A stretch of DNA of 48,648 nucleotides from a virus (taxonomy: Duplodnaviria > Caudoviricetes), in IMG/VR virus record IMGVR_UViG_3300006188_000011, positions 1 through 48,648 of that record. The stretch is one strand, 5' to 3'. A program made the position numbers and the translations under genes. Positions within the stretch are counted from its first letter, which is position 1, and each line of letters begins with the position of its first letter. The notes under the pieces were generated by a model that had not been told where the DNA came from, searched no databases, and worked only from the letters and a program-made list of their open reading frames with translations. Shown piece after piece: positions 19,459-29,232 of the stretch.

Positions 19459-19833
19459 CTAGCGGGCGACGATGCCGTTTTCGGAAAGCGCGGCGAGCGC
19501 GGCGGTTTTCTGTGCGTCGGTCACGCCCTCGGCCCAGATGAGCACATCCGCCTGCACCTCCGTGTCGCGGACGGTGAGGGTGCGTTTCACGTCGGCGGAC
19601 GTGGCATCGCAGCCTTCATAGAGGATGGCGGCGGCGGCCTCGCTGCCATCGGTGGCGGCGGGATCGTACGGCGTGAATTTCTTCGTCGCCGTCACTTGCC
19701 CCAGCACTGTGCCGGAAAGCAGTTTGCCCGCGCCGGATGCAACGATACCGACATCGCGCGAGCGATAGCCGTTGGATTCCGAGACGATGTAATGCCCGGT
19801 GCGGCGGATTTCTTCTTCGAGAATGGGCGGCAT
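19459..19833 (-). CDS. Head decoration protein (gpD-like)
   Basis: SE.NG.RSR, L.SGTVLG..TA..K...YDP.A.DGSE.A.AIL, L...GI..R motifs. Confidence 0.85.
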   Translation of the reverse strand: MPPILEEEIRRTGHYIVSESNGYRSRDVGIVASGAGKLLSGTVLGQVTATKKFTPYDPAATDGSEAAAAILYEGCDATSADVKRTLTVRDTEVQADVLIWAEGVTDAQKTAALAALSENGIVAR

Positions 19834-19846
19834 GATAGGGCCTCCT

Positions 19847-20911
19847 TCAGCGGCGCTTGTTGGTGCGTTCGACCGCGCTGGCCAGCGCTGCACGGTTGGG
19901 TTTGCCATCGGCACCCGGTTTGCGGGCCTGTGGCTGGGCCTGACCTGCCGCGCGCATACGCTTCTGCTCGTAGGCATCGGCCGGATCGGGGTTGCCTTCC
20001 TCGCCTGCGTCGGCAGCGGCTTCCGCCTTCGGCGCGGCGGCCATGGCCTTGATCGCGTCCTCGGCGGAAAGTTCGGTGTCATAGGCGAAATAGTTTGCCA
20101 GCCCCTCGCGGCCGCTGGCCTCCGGGCTGGTCACGATCGCCTTGATACGCGCCTTGGCGGCATTGCCGGCCTCGGCGCGTGCAGCATCGATGTCTGCGGG
20201 CTGCTGACCCGCCTGCGGTTTTCCAGTCATGGTGTCTTCCTCGTGGATTTCCTGTTGACGGGTCGAACGGACGGCGGGACGCGCCGGGTTCGCGGCATGG
20301 TCGAATGACCATGAATTTCTCTGTGCCATGCGCTTCAACCGGTCGGGCGCATTGGCATAGACGCTATAGTCGAAGGCCGAAAAAGCGACCGCCTTCGCCT
20401 TTTCCGTCGCGGTCGCGAAACCACGCTCGACGGCTTCTTCTCCGGTCAGCCAGATTTCAGCCCGCATATCGTCGCGGACGGTGGCGGCGTCTTCGCCGCT
20501 GGCCTCGGCATAAATGTCGGCCATGAGGTCGCCGAGCTTGTCGAGCATGGCGCGGGTGGATTCATGATCATCGGCGTTGCCATATGTGACCGAGGCGGGA
20601 TCGTGGATCATCATCAATGAGCCGGCCCGCATGATCCGCTCCGACCCGGCCATCGCGATCAGGGATGCTGCGGACCCGGCGAAGGCATCGACCACCACCG
20701 AAACCTTGCCCCTGTGCCCGGAGAGGGCGTTGTAAATCGCGATACCCTCATAGGCGTAACCGCCAGCGGAATTGATGCGCACGGTGATATCCGTATCGCG
20801 GCCAACTTCTGCCAAGGCCGAAAGCACATCCTGCGCGGTGAAGCCTTCATCCCAGAAGTTGTCGCCGACGAACCCGTAGAGCACGAGTTCGCCGTCCTGA
20901 AGAACGGGCAT
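19847..20911 (-). CDS. ClpP-type prohead protease with scaffold tail
   Basis: VRINS.GG...EG.AIYN.L, A.SAAS.IAMAG, MIHDP and E.WL...EA...GFA motifs; start at the ATG at 20911. Confidence 0.9.
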   Translation of the reverse strand: MPVLQDGELVLYGFVGDNFWDEGFTAQDVLSALAEVGRDTDITVRINSAGGYAYEGIAIYNALSGHRGKVSVVVDAFAGSAASLIAMAGSERIMRAGSLMMIHDPASVTYGNADDHESTRAMLDKLGDLMADIYAEASGEDAATVRDDMRAEIWLTGEEAVERGFATATEKAKAVAFSAFDYSVYANAPDRLKRMAQRNSWSFDHAANPARPAVRSTRQQEIHEEDTMTGKPQAGQQPADIDAARAEAGNAAKARIKAIVTSPEASGREGLANYFAYDTELSAEDAIKAMAAAPKAEAAADAGEEGNPDPADAYEQKRMRAAGQAQPQARKPGADGKPNRAALASAVERTNKRR

Positions 20912-20927
20912 GGGAATCTCCTGAAAA

Positions 20928-21185
20928 CTAGATGAAGCGCATCCGCTTGGCGAAGCGCCGGCGGGTGCCACCCGTCGCACGATCGCATTCGGCGGAAAGG
21001 CGATCGATTTCCTGATCGAGCGCCGCGATGTTGGCCTTGCTGTAACGCACCTCGTCATCGCCGAAGCGCACGACTTCCGTCTGCCCGCCGGCGGCGATCT
21101 GGATGCGTAACCCGCGCAAGGCCTTGGCGGCATCGCACGGATTATCGAGGTCGATATCCGTTTTCCGAATCCTGACGTTGCTCAT
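20928..21185 (-). CDS. gpW-like head-tail joining protein
   Basis: 85 aa; V.F...EVRYS.ANI..L..EI.RL motif; between portal and protease. Confidence 0.7.
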   Translation of the reverse strand: MSNVRIRKTDIDLDNPCDAAKALRGLRIQIAAGGQTEVVRFGDDEVRYSKANIAALDQEIDRLSAECDRATGGTRRRFAKRMRFI

Positions 21186-22789
21186 GCCGCTTGCTTCTTC
21201 GGGTCTTGCGCCGGCGGATCGTCCGGCAGGGGTGGCTGGTTCGGGCGCTCGTAAGGCGACTTCATCCCGGCATCGACATAGCGCTTGTGCTCGCGCTGCT
21301 GCTGCTCGAACAGTTCGTCCGGGTCTATGCCCTTCTGTCCGCATTCGATAGCGATCGACGAGGTGCCATTCGAAAGCCGCTCGGACGTGGCCCGCTCGGT
21401 CTTGTAATCGTCGGCGGTCGGCGCGGCTGGACCCTGCCAGAGCGCCCAAGTGAATTTTTCGCGGTTGGCCGCGAAAACCTCGTAGCTGACTTTCAGCTTG
21501 ATCCGGCCTTCGCCGACCATCTCGTCAAGCCAGCTTTCATAAACAGCCTGCATCAGGGGCGCGGCGAGGCGCTCGCGGCGGCGTATCGCGATCGGCTGGA
21601 TGGTGGCGCCCTCCATCCGCACCGACGAATAAGTGGCGTTGGTGTGGTCCATCGCATAGCTGCTGTAGGTAACGCCGATGGCGCGCGCCGTCTCGCGGTC
21701 GAGCGAATTGGCGAAAGGCAGGTATTGCGACCCCGGCGTGCTCGCCGTGCGGAATTGCAGGTCCTCGCCGGGCGCGAGGTGGGAGACGGTCGGCGCGCCG
21801 TTGATATTGAGGCCGCCTTCCTTGGCCTTGTCCATCCGGGCTTGCAGATAGCCCAGAAATTCATCCTTGAGTTCGGTATCCTCGATCGCTTCCAATGCCT
21901 CGAATGCCGCCTGCGACGGGTCGGGACTGGTCAGAACCGCGGCGAAAATTGTTTGCAGGATCGCTGTCTGCAACGTGGCATCGTCGAGCACTTCCTTCTG
22001 TGCGTGCTTTCGGATGGCGGGAGTCAGCACCGAGATCCCGCGCACGTCCGTGGCGTCCACCGGGTCGAACAGATGGATGACGACGGGGCGGCCATCGGCA
22101 TCGAAGGCCGGATAGCGGACCTTCTGGACGATACCATTCGTCTTTTCTTCGAAAAGATAGCCGATCGGGCGGCCGTCCTCGTCGTGATAGACGCCCTGAA
22201 ACAGGTTTTCGAACTCGTTTGTATCCTGCACCAGCTTGGACGGCGGGGTCAGGCACAGTTTGAGACCCGATTTCACACCCTTCTGCCGGCGTTTCGCGCG
22301 GGGCATGTAATCAAGGATACCGGTGATCTCGCCATATGCCATGTACCAGCGCAGGCCGATATCGACCAGTTGCGGCAGGGTGAATTTCCCGCGCATGTCG
22401 CATTCGCGCGGGTTCCATGCGTAGCGCTTCCATTCGCGCTTGATCTGGGCGACCAGAGCCGCCGTTTCCTCGCGTGAATAACCGAATTCTGCAATGTCCG
22501 GCTGCGGCTGCAACACGAGTTCAACGCCGACTGTATCGACCAGAACCTGATCGCAGGCGCCCTTGAGCTTGCCGGAATTCTGGATGAAATCGAGGGCATA
22601 GGCTGCGGCCCGTCGCCATGAGCGGCGGATTTCCTCCCGGCTGTCGACGATGGTGACCATGCGCGAGGCGAGAACCCCGCTCTTGGTGTCGCGCAGCATC
22701 CGGGCGACGGGCCGATAGGCCGTTCCCGAAAGAGCGGAACCGGAGCGAAGCGCTCGGCCCACTCCCTTGATACGCTCCATCAGGCTCAT
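21182..22789 (-). CDS. Portal protein (lambda family)
   Basis: RG.S.L.P, L.PGE.L.F, A...GVTY....D.T.ATYSS.R and W.GP motifs. Confidence 0.9.
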   Translation of the reverse strand: MSLMERIKGVGRALRSGSALSGTAYRPVARMLRDTKSGVLASRMVTIVDSREEIRRSWRRAAAYALDFIQNSGKLKGACDQVLVDTVGVELVLQPQPDIAEFGYSREETAALVAQIKREWKRYAWNPRECDMRGKFTLPQLVDIGLRWYMAYGEITGILDYMPRAKRRQKGVKSGLKLCLTPPSKLVQDTNEFENLFQGVYHDEDGRPIGYLFEEKTNGIVQKVRYPAFDADGRPVVIHLFDPVDATDVRGISVLTPAIRKHAQKEVLDDATLQTAILQTIFAAVLTSPDPSQAAFEALEAIEDTELKDEFLGYLQARMDKAKEGGLNINGAPTVSHLAPGEDLQFRTASTPGSQYLPFANSLDRETARAIGVTYSSYAMDHTNATYSSVRMEGATIQPIAIRRRERLAAPLMQAVYESWLDEMVGEGRIKLKVSYEVFAANREKFTWALWQGPAAPTADDYKTERATSERLSNGTSSIAIECGQKGIDPDELFEQQQREHKRYVDAGMKSPYERPNQPPLPDDPPAQDPKKQAA

Positions 22790-24783
22790 CGGTTTTTCCA
22801 CTTCTCGCGACGTTTCCGCCGCCTGTCTTCATCGCTGTCTCCGGACGAGGCGTCCGGCGGCGGGGTTGCGGGTGGCGTCTGGATGCCTGACAGCAGATCT
22901 TCGATATCGCCCTGCTGGACCTCCGGTGGACATTCCCGCTCCGCCTCGTATCGGTCCCACACCTGATCCGGCATCGAGCGGATGCCGAACTTGATCGCCG
23001 CTGCCTCGGCCTGCAAATGCGTGTCGAGACCTTCGTTGGCCTGCGCCGGGTCCTTCACCCATTCATACTTGACGAAACCGGTCTTGGTCCGCGTCGCCTT
23101 GCGGCTCTCCGCCGTAAGCTGGCGGTAAAATTCGTCCTCAAGGCCGCGCGGCAGGCCGACAAAGCCGCGTTGCAGCGGATCGTCCTTCACCAGATTCCGG
23201 TAAAGGCCCATCTTCAGCACCGAAGTGGCGAAGTTGTAGAAGCGCCGCGAATAGCGTTTGACCTTGCCGGTCTTGGTGTTCCGCTCGCGCTTGACCGCGG
23301 CAAGAAGCGGGGCCGATTCCGATGGAACGCCGCGCACCATGATAAGACGCGAGGTCGAGTGCTTTTTCACCCAGCCCCAGACATCCTCGGTCCAGGCATT
23401 GCCGTCAATAGCCGCCATGTCCGCGGCAATCGACCGCCCGTGCACGTTCTTCCAAGCCTGCACCATCAGGCCGTCGAGCAGCGCCCGGCAACCTTCCTCG
23501 CTGATATGGCCGGGGAACACGCCATACTCGACCACGGCCCTGCGGAAATCCCGCGCCCATGCGACAGCCTGCCATTCAACGCGGTCCTTCTGGCAGTCTA
23601 TGCCGATGGTCAACAGCGGGAACCCCGCCGGGATCGCGCCGCGCGAATAATCGGAAGACGCTCCGCGATCACGCAGGCTCTCCCAGCCCGGCGCCTCGCC
23701 CAAAGTCCGGTATGCGCGGCCCACAGTGTCATTGAAAAACGTCTGCTCGGAAGCCGGATCGCCTTTCGCCGACAGCCATTCACGCGCGATCCGCTCGAAA
23801 CTCTGCAACAGCGAATAGGCTGACCAGAGGTGAAACGAGCGATGCACCCGCTTGGCGGATGGATTCGCCGCCCGCCAGACTTGTTCGCCAGACGCTTCGA
23901 GGCGCTTCGCCTCGCGGAACATCTGCGAGCGGTGATATTCCTCGATCACCCCGCCGCATTCGGGATCGACGCAAGTGAAGTGCGACCTCTCCGGATGATC
24001 CTCGTCGATCGACTGGAGGAAATTCTCCCATTCCAGCGTCTGCAACGTGCCGCAATGCGGGCACGGCAAATAGAGCCGCTCCTGACTGCCGTCCTCGAAG
24101 TTGCGGGTGATCCTGCAACCCGGCTCGACGAGCGGCGTCGATATCTTGAAAACCTTGGCGAATTCATGCGCCCGCGAACGGCTGTCCGCCTGCGTCTCCG
24201 GGTCTCCAGCGGAGTTCATTTCCCACTTTGCGAGATCGTCCTGCACCTGACGGCGCATGGTGACCTGCGAAAGTGAGGCCGGCGAATTGGCGCCCGATAT
24301 CTGGATGGCGCCGCGCCCGTCGACGCGCTCCTTGTAGAGCACCGAATCGAGGCCGTCGCGCGATCGCATCGGAAACAGCCGCGCCAGCGCCGTCGTGCCC
24401 TTGAGCATCGGCGCCAGTTTCATCTTCGACCAGCGCTGTGCGTTCGAATCCGTGGGATGGACGTAGAGGAAATCCCCCGGGTCCATCGCCATGGAGCCGC
24501 CACAGAAGATATTGGCGAGCACGGTGCCGCCAAGCTGCGCGGATTTTGCGAGCGTTACCGTCCGGCATGGATCGCTCGGCGACAGCGCGCGCAGAATTTC
24601 GTCGAAGTAGAAGAACAGGTCCCGGTTATAGGGACCGGGCAGCGGGCTTTCGCGTTCGGAGAACACGATGTTCTTTTCGGCCCAATCCAGATAATCGACC
24701 GGCGGCGGCGGGGTCATCACCGTCACCAGCACTTCGGCGGAGATGCGTCGCGCATTGGCGACGTTGACGGTCATAGACGTCAT
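22786..24783 (-). CDS. Terminase large subunit (lambda GpA family)
   Basis: KSAQLGGT Walker A, GANSPASL, ISTP, CPHC, F.N...G and NE.LD motifs. Confidence 0.95.
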   Translation of the reverse strand: MTSMTVNVANARRISAEVLVTVMTPPPPVDYLDWAEKNIVFSERESPLPGPYNRDLFFYFDEILRALSPSDPCRTVTLAKSAQLGGTVLANIFCGGSMAMDPGDFLYVHPTDSNAQRWSKMKLAPMLKGTTALARLFPMRSRDGLDSVLYKERVDGRGAIQISGANSPASLSQVTMRRQVQDDLAKWEMNSAGDPETQADSRSRAHEFAKVFKISTPLVEPGCRITRNFEDGSQERLYLPCPHCGTLQTLEWENFLQSIDEDHPERSHFTCVDPECGGVIEEYHRSQMFREAKRLEASGEQVWRAANPSAKRVHRSFHLWSAYSLLQSFERIAREWLSAKGDPASEQTFFNDTVGRAYRTLGEAPGWESLRDRGASSDYSRGAIPAGFPLLTIGIDCQKDRVEWQAVAWARDFRRAVVEYGVFPGHISEEGCRALLDGLMVQAWKNVHGRSIAADMAAIDGNAWTEDVWGWVKKHSTSRLIMVRGVPSESAPLLAAVKRERNTKTGKVKRYSRRFYNFATSVLKMGLYRNLVKDDPLQRGFVGLPRGLEDEFYRQLTAESRKATRTKTGFVKYEWVKDPAQANEGLDTHLQAEAAAIKFGIRSMPDQVWDRYEAERECPPEVQQGDIEDLLSGIQTPPATPPPDASSGDSDEDRRRKRREKWKNR

Positions 24784-25400
24784 GCCGCATCTCCCACGCT
24801 GATCACTGCCTCGACAGTCTCCGGCGTCTCGTCGAGATCGGCGGAAGCGCGCTTGGCGGCCGCAGCCTTCTTTTCGTTCCTCACCTCGCGCAGCAGGTGC
24901 AGCACGTCGCGCTGCGGAAGGCTGAAACGGCCTGCGATCGCGCTGGCGAAATCGGCGAGCATCGCGCCGTTTTCCTCATCGACCTGACGCGCCAGACGCA
25001 TCATTTCGGCCCGCGCCTCGTCGGCCGGCACAAGCTGGCCGAGTTTCACAGCTTCGTCGACGGATGCGATCCGGTTCTTGCGCCGCTCGCTCTCCAGCCG
25101 TTCCTGCTGAATCTGATAGACCACGTCGTCGCTGCGGTTCGGTAGCACCGGAATTGACGGCTTGGGTTCGGCGTCGCCCTGATCGGCGAACAAGCGGGTG
25201 CCTATACCGTTACCAATCGCCTGACCGGGATCACGGCGCAGCTTTACCTGCGCCAAGGCCACGTCAACCTTGATCCGCGCGGAGCGACCTTCTCCATCAA
25301 GAGCGTCCGGCCCGATTTTTCCTTCCGCGATCCATTGGCTGACCCGACCGGGTGACACGCCGGCAATCCGCGCGAAGTCACCTTTCGAAGCAACCTGCAT
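24780..25400 (-). CDS. Terminase small subunit (Nu1-like)
   Basis: N-terminal winged HTH (FA...GVS.GRVSQWI.EG); G.LV...E motif; upstream of terL. Confidence 0.75.
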   Translation of the reverse strand: MQVASKGDFARIAGVSPGRVSQWIAEGKIGPDALDGEGRSARIKVDVALAQVKLRRDPGQAIGNGIGTRLFADQGDAEPKPSIPVLPNRSDDVVYQIQQERLESERRKNRIASVDEAVKLGQLVPADEARAEMMRLARQVDEENGAMLADFASAIAGRFSLPQRDVLHLLREVRNEKKAAAAKRASADLDETPETVEAVISVGDAA

Positions 25401-25401
25401 T

Positions 25402-25535
25402 TTTAGGCCTCTTTAGGCTTATTTTTAGCGCCTTCTTTAGGCTCTCAAATTCCTGTCAGACTGGCGAAAGCCGGCAGTCGAGCACGCCCGTCCGGGAAAA
25501 AGCCCGGAAACGGTCCCTAAAAAGGGGGGGGCGGG
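25402..25535. promoter_or_regulatory. Candidate cos/packaging region with phased TTTAGGC repeats
   Basis: TTTAGGC at 25402, 25412 and 25436, plus variant TTTAGCG at 25424, upstream of terS; followed by CCCTAAAAAGGGGGGGG. Confidence 0.4.
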
Positions 25536-25584
25536 GTGCCGGCCCGGTCGCGCGACGCCCGCGGCCCCGGCGCGCGCCCGTCCG

Positions 25585-26154
25585 TCAGCCGATCAGCTTC
25601 TGGATCAGGGCCGCGACACGGGTCGGCAGGGTCTCATTCGCCTCCCGTTCAAACGAGGCCAACGTCTCTCCCCTGACCATTTCGTCAGGAATGCGGACAT
25701 CGGAATGGACCTGATGTATCTGCCATCGCGGACCGTGCCGCTGCCAGACGTGCCCGCCAAAGTAGGCGACCGTCTTGCGGTTCGGGAAGCGACCGCCCTT
25801 CATGAAGGCGCCGGGATAGAGCCGCGCCTGACCGAATGGCTTGGCGACAACGCCCTGCCGCGTCTCCTTTGGCTTCAGATATTTCAACCTGATGAAGCCG
25901 CCGCGCGTGCGAAGGGAATAGAGCAGCTTTCCCGGCCGGGCCGTATCGACGGCCTTGACCGCCTTGACCAGAACTTTTCGCTCCAGCCCGGTTTGCTTGG
26001 TCAGGTTGCGCACGGCACGGGTTTTGGCGCGGCGCCCTACTTGATTGACAAGGCGGGGCAGGGCCTTGGGAAACTCGTCATTCAGGCGAACGATGCCGCT
26101 GCTGAACCTGCGTATCCCGCTGATATCTTCCCATCGGAAATCCAGCACGGCCAC
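25585..26154 (-). CDS. Basic phage protein, minor tail protein Z-like
   Basis: Arg/Lys-rich; AL.R.VN...RAKT and ..AF...G...GHV..R motifs; start uncertain (GTG). Confidence 0.55.
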   Translation of the reverse strand: MAVLDFRWEDISGIRRFSSGIVRLNDEFPKALPRLVNQVGRRAKTRAVRNLTKQTGLERKVLVKAVKAVDTARPGKLLYSLRTRGGFIRLKYLKPKETRQGVVAKPFGQARLYPGAFMKGGRFPNRKTVAYFGGHVWQRHGPRWQIHQVHSDVRIPDEMVRGETLASFEREANETLPTRVAALIQKLIG

Positions 26155-26162
26155 AACCCCGG

Positions 26163-26196
26163 TAAAGAAAAACCCCGGTCGCGGGTGCGCCGGGGT
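26163..26196 (-). terminator. Rho-independent terminator
   Basis: Minus strand accccgg-cgcacccgcga-ccggggt followed by a T-rich tract. Confidence 0.55.
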
Positions 26197-26247
26197 CTGT
26201 CTGATCTTTTTTAGCATCCAAGGAGTAAGTCAAGTTTCCGCCGCACG

Positions 26248-27084
26248 TCAACAAGCAGTTTTCTGTTTTTTTGCATCCTCACCATCGAAAGCCCGGAAAA
26301 GCTGGACGCCGAGCATGTCGCGGCCATCGATCCATGGCGTCGCGGAGCGGTGGGAGAAGGTCAGTTTATGGCTGACCAGCCGAATCGCCAGCGCTGATTC
26401 CAGTGCGGCGAGCGCAGAAACCCAGATCTGATAGTCGATACGGCCAAGAATATCGCCGGTCGGATCGGGCGACAGGACGAACTTGCGGTACGCGCCGCGA
26501 TGCGGGCGACAGGTCCGCCGGTTATAGCCGTCGATCTCCAGCGTATATTCCCGCCCGAAGGCGTCGACGGCAGCCCGCCGCATGAACCATGCGGGCTTCC
26601 CGGCGCGCTCGACCATCACACATTTCGGTACCGGCGCGCCATGATCCGGCACACGGCCAAGCACCGCCGTCGAAATAACGAGCGAGGCAATGCCGGCGGC
26701 GCGGGAACGGGCAGGGCGCAGCATGAGGCGCTCGACTGCGCGCGCGACGGCATCGGCGGTCAGTCCGTCGAATTCCGGCCAGTCGGCCACCGGGTTCCAG
26801 CCATCGGGAAACGAAACGTCATAGCGGGTGAGGTCCGCCACCGCGCGCCCGACCTCCAGCGCGTCTTCGTGCGGCGCGCCCTGCTCGATCCATGTGCCCG
26901 GATCGGGCCGGTCGCGATCAACCAGCGTCATCAACTCGGCAAAGCCCATGACCTTACCCCATGATGATGCCTCCAATTGCCGCCATGCGGAATGAATGTT
27001 ATTCAGCCCGTCAACACCGCCGCCTTTCGGCAATTCGTGGACGAAGGCCCATACTAGAAGTTCATCAATCGTCACGGTTTTCAT
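26248..27084 (-). CDS. Hypothetical protein at the late-regulator position
   Basis: 278-aa ORF between the origin and the late operon; no motif recognised. Confidence 0.6.
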   Translation of the reverse strand: MKTVTIDELLVWAFVHELPKGGGVDGLNNIHSAWRQLEASSWGKVMGFAELMTLVDRDRPDPGTWIEQGAPHEDALEVGRAVADLTRYDVSFPDGWNPVADWPEFDGLTADAVARAVERLMLRPARSRAAGIASLVISTAVLGRVPDHGAPVPKCVMVERAGKPAWFMRRAAVDAFGREYTLEIDGYNRRTCRPHRGAYRKFVLSPDPTGDILGRIDYQIWVSALAALESALAIRLVSHKLTFSHRSATPWIDGRDMLGVQLFRAFDGEDAKKQKTAC

Positions 27085-27096
27085 TGTTACACCACT

Positions 27097-27339
27097 TTCG
27101 ATAGTTTGCGACAGTTTGCGATAGTTGGAAAAGAGTGTTTAACTGAATTAATTCAAATAGTTGCGATAGTTGCGATAGTTTTCGTTCGCATAAATAAGAG
27201 CATTTCCCCCTGACCCCCCTTTTTGCATATATATATGTGCCAAAAACTGGTGCAAACTATCGCAACCACTTGATTTCATTTCATTATTTCCGCTGTTTGA
27301 ACTATCGCAAACTGTCGCCAACTATCGCAACTGTCGCAA
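27097..27339. repeat. Putative replication origin: two inverted iteron clusters around an AT-rich core
   Basis: Left: T(G/T)CGA(T/C)AGT(T) at 27097, 27107, 27117, 27162, 27171. Right: inverted (A)ACT(A/G)TCGC(A/C) at 27255, 27300, 27310, 27320, 27330. Central ATATATATAT; adjacent to the primase-helicase gene. Confidence 0.8.
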
Positions 27340-27426
27340 TAGAGAAACGCAGAAATATCAAATAGTTAACCTTTTTCAGGCTCAAAACGGCCAGCAATGG
27401 AGGGGTTGCGGGGATGGGAGCGCGCA

Positions 27427-29232
27427 TCATCGCAAATGCCCCTCGTAATCGTCCGATCCGGGCCGTTCGGCAGGCTTCGGAACATCGGCGAGGCGCAGGC
27501 CGTGATACTTGACGATGCGGCCATCCTCGCGGCGGTACTTCTTTTTCATGATCAGCCCGAAGCGGGTCAGCGAAATGGGCTTGCCGCCCTGATCGACGGT
27601 GAAATCAGAATAGGCCTGATAGAAATCCTTGGCGGTCACCTCGCCGCGTTCGTCTACCATCACACAGCGGGCGCAGAAGGCGGACGTGGGGTCCATTTCG
27701 TCGCGATATTCCTGTGTCTTGGCCTCGACCGAGGCCGGAATCACCAGACCTTCGCGCAGGAAGATCAGCACGCCCTCTATCAGCCAGTTGAGGATGCCGG
27801 GATATTCGGGCCTGAATTCCGACACGACTTCCTCGAACTCGCGCTGTTCTTCCTTCTTCAGCGTCACCGGCCAGTGCACCACGACCATGCGCCGCCAGAT
27901 GCCGTTATCCGTGCCTGTAATGCGCGGATAGCCGTTGCCGGACATGTGGCCGGTGAATATCGGCTTGAAGTCGAAATAGCCCTGAAACAGGTCGCGGACG
28001 GTAAATTCCTCGCCGCCTGTCAGATCCTTGACCAGATTTTCGCGCAGGTCCTCGCCTTCCGGCAGTTCCTTCACGCGCAGGAAGCGGCGGCCATAGAGCC
28101 GCGCCATGTCGGGCGATGCCGCGCCGCCTGAATTGCCCTCGCCGATGAAGGACTCCGAGGGCAGGGTGACGGCCACGTCGCCGAGCAGGCGGCAGAGCGT
28201 TTCCATATAGACGGATTTGCCGTTGGCGCCGAAACCGTAATGGAAGAACAACTTCTGCACCGTGATACCGACCAGCCCCAGCCCGGAGGCCACCTGCACG
28301 AGGCGGCGATCGTCCGCGTTCGGCTGCATGCGTTCGAGGAAGGCGATCCATTTCGGGCACTTGGCCTTCTTGTCATAGGCCACGGGCACGATCTGGGTGA
28401 TCAGGTCGGCGCGACGATGGCCCTTGACCGCTTCGACGCTCGCCGTCCGCCGCTCGATGAATTCCGGAATATCCTCGCGGCTGTCGTCGGGATCGTCGAA
28501 AGCGGGGTTACGCTCCCGCTTCGTTCCCCGCGAGAAAACAAGCGTGTGGTCGAGCAGTGCCACCTTCAGGGGATCGGCGTTGAAATCGTCCGGCTTGCGC
28601 ATGACATGCGGGGCGAGACAGGTCAGCATGGCTTCCAGCCGCGCCCGGTTTTTCGAAGTCACCGCATGGTCCATCCGCCGTTTGCGGCGCTTGGCGAGGT
28701 TTTCCTTCGCGCTCGCCGCGGCATCGGCCAGCCTCTTTTCGATCTTGGTGCGCTCGTCTTCCGGCTTTTTCAGCGCCTCCTTTCCCGCCTTCATGGCGTC
28801 GGCTTCCGCCGGCGTGAAATCGAGAAATTCGGTTTCCATGGCGATGCGCCCGCCAAGCTGCTGCGCAATGGCGAGCGAGCGGGGATCGCCCGTATCGATA
28901 TCCCAATGCGTGCCGTCCCAGATGGCATAAGTAGCCTTGCGTGCCTTGCTCTGGGCGAGCACCAGCATGTCATCGCCGAAATGGCGTTGCAGGCGCTCGG
29001 CATTGTCGGTGTCGGAATGGTCGAGCGCGGCGCAGGCCTGCACCACGGCGGGGTCCACCGTGCGGGTGCCGCGCATGGTGGCGGACGGCTCGCCATCGGA
29101 TTCGGTCTGCTCGTCTGCCGCCCCATCGGAAGTGGGGTTGCGGGGATCGAGCGCCGCCGCATCGGCCTGCCGCGTTGCTTCGTCGAGAATCGCACGCACC
29201 GCAGCGGGCACATCCTTGGTATTTTTTGTCAT
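27427..29232 (-). CDS. P4-family/D5-like primase-associated SF3 helicase
   Basis: TD..NAERL, WDG..W, CP.W..FL, Walker A G.GANGKS, VK.LTGG...VR.L and D.GIWRR motifs. Confidence 0.92.
   Translation of the reverse strand: MTKNTKDVPAAVRAILDEATRQADAAALDPRNPTSDGAADEQTESDGEPSATMRGTRTVDPAVVQACAALDHSDTDNAERLQRHFGDDMLVLAQSKARKATYAIWDGTHWDIDTGDPRSLAIAQQLGGRIAMETEFLDFTPAEADAMKAGKEALKKPEDERTKIEKRLADAAASAKENLAKRRKRRMDHAVTSKNRARLEAMLTCLAPHVMRKPDDFNADPLKVALLDHTLVFSRGTKRERNPAFDDPDDSREDIPEFIERRTASVEAVKGHRRADLITQIVPVAYDKKAKCPKWIAFLERMQPNADDRRLVQVASGLGLVGITVQKLFFHYGFGANGKSVYMETLCRLLGDVAVTLPSESFIGEGNSGGAASPDMARLYGRRFLRVKELPEGEDLRENLVKDLTGGEEFTVRDLFQGYFDFKPIFTGHMSGNGYPRITGTDNGIWRRMVVVHWPVTLKKEEQREFEEVVSEFRPEYPGILNWLIEGVLIFLREGLVIPASVEAKTQEYRDEMDPTSAFCARCVMVDERGEVTAKDFYQAYSDFTVDQGGKPISLTRFGLIMKKKYRREDGRIVKYHGLRLADVPKPAERPGSDDYEGHLR

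Noticed and set aside
27097-27339. CRISPR array
   Set aside because: Units are about 10 bp, abutting and inverted, with no unique spacers and no cas genes; this fits iterons.
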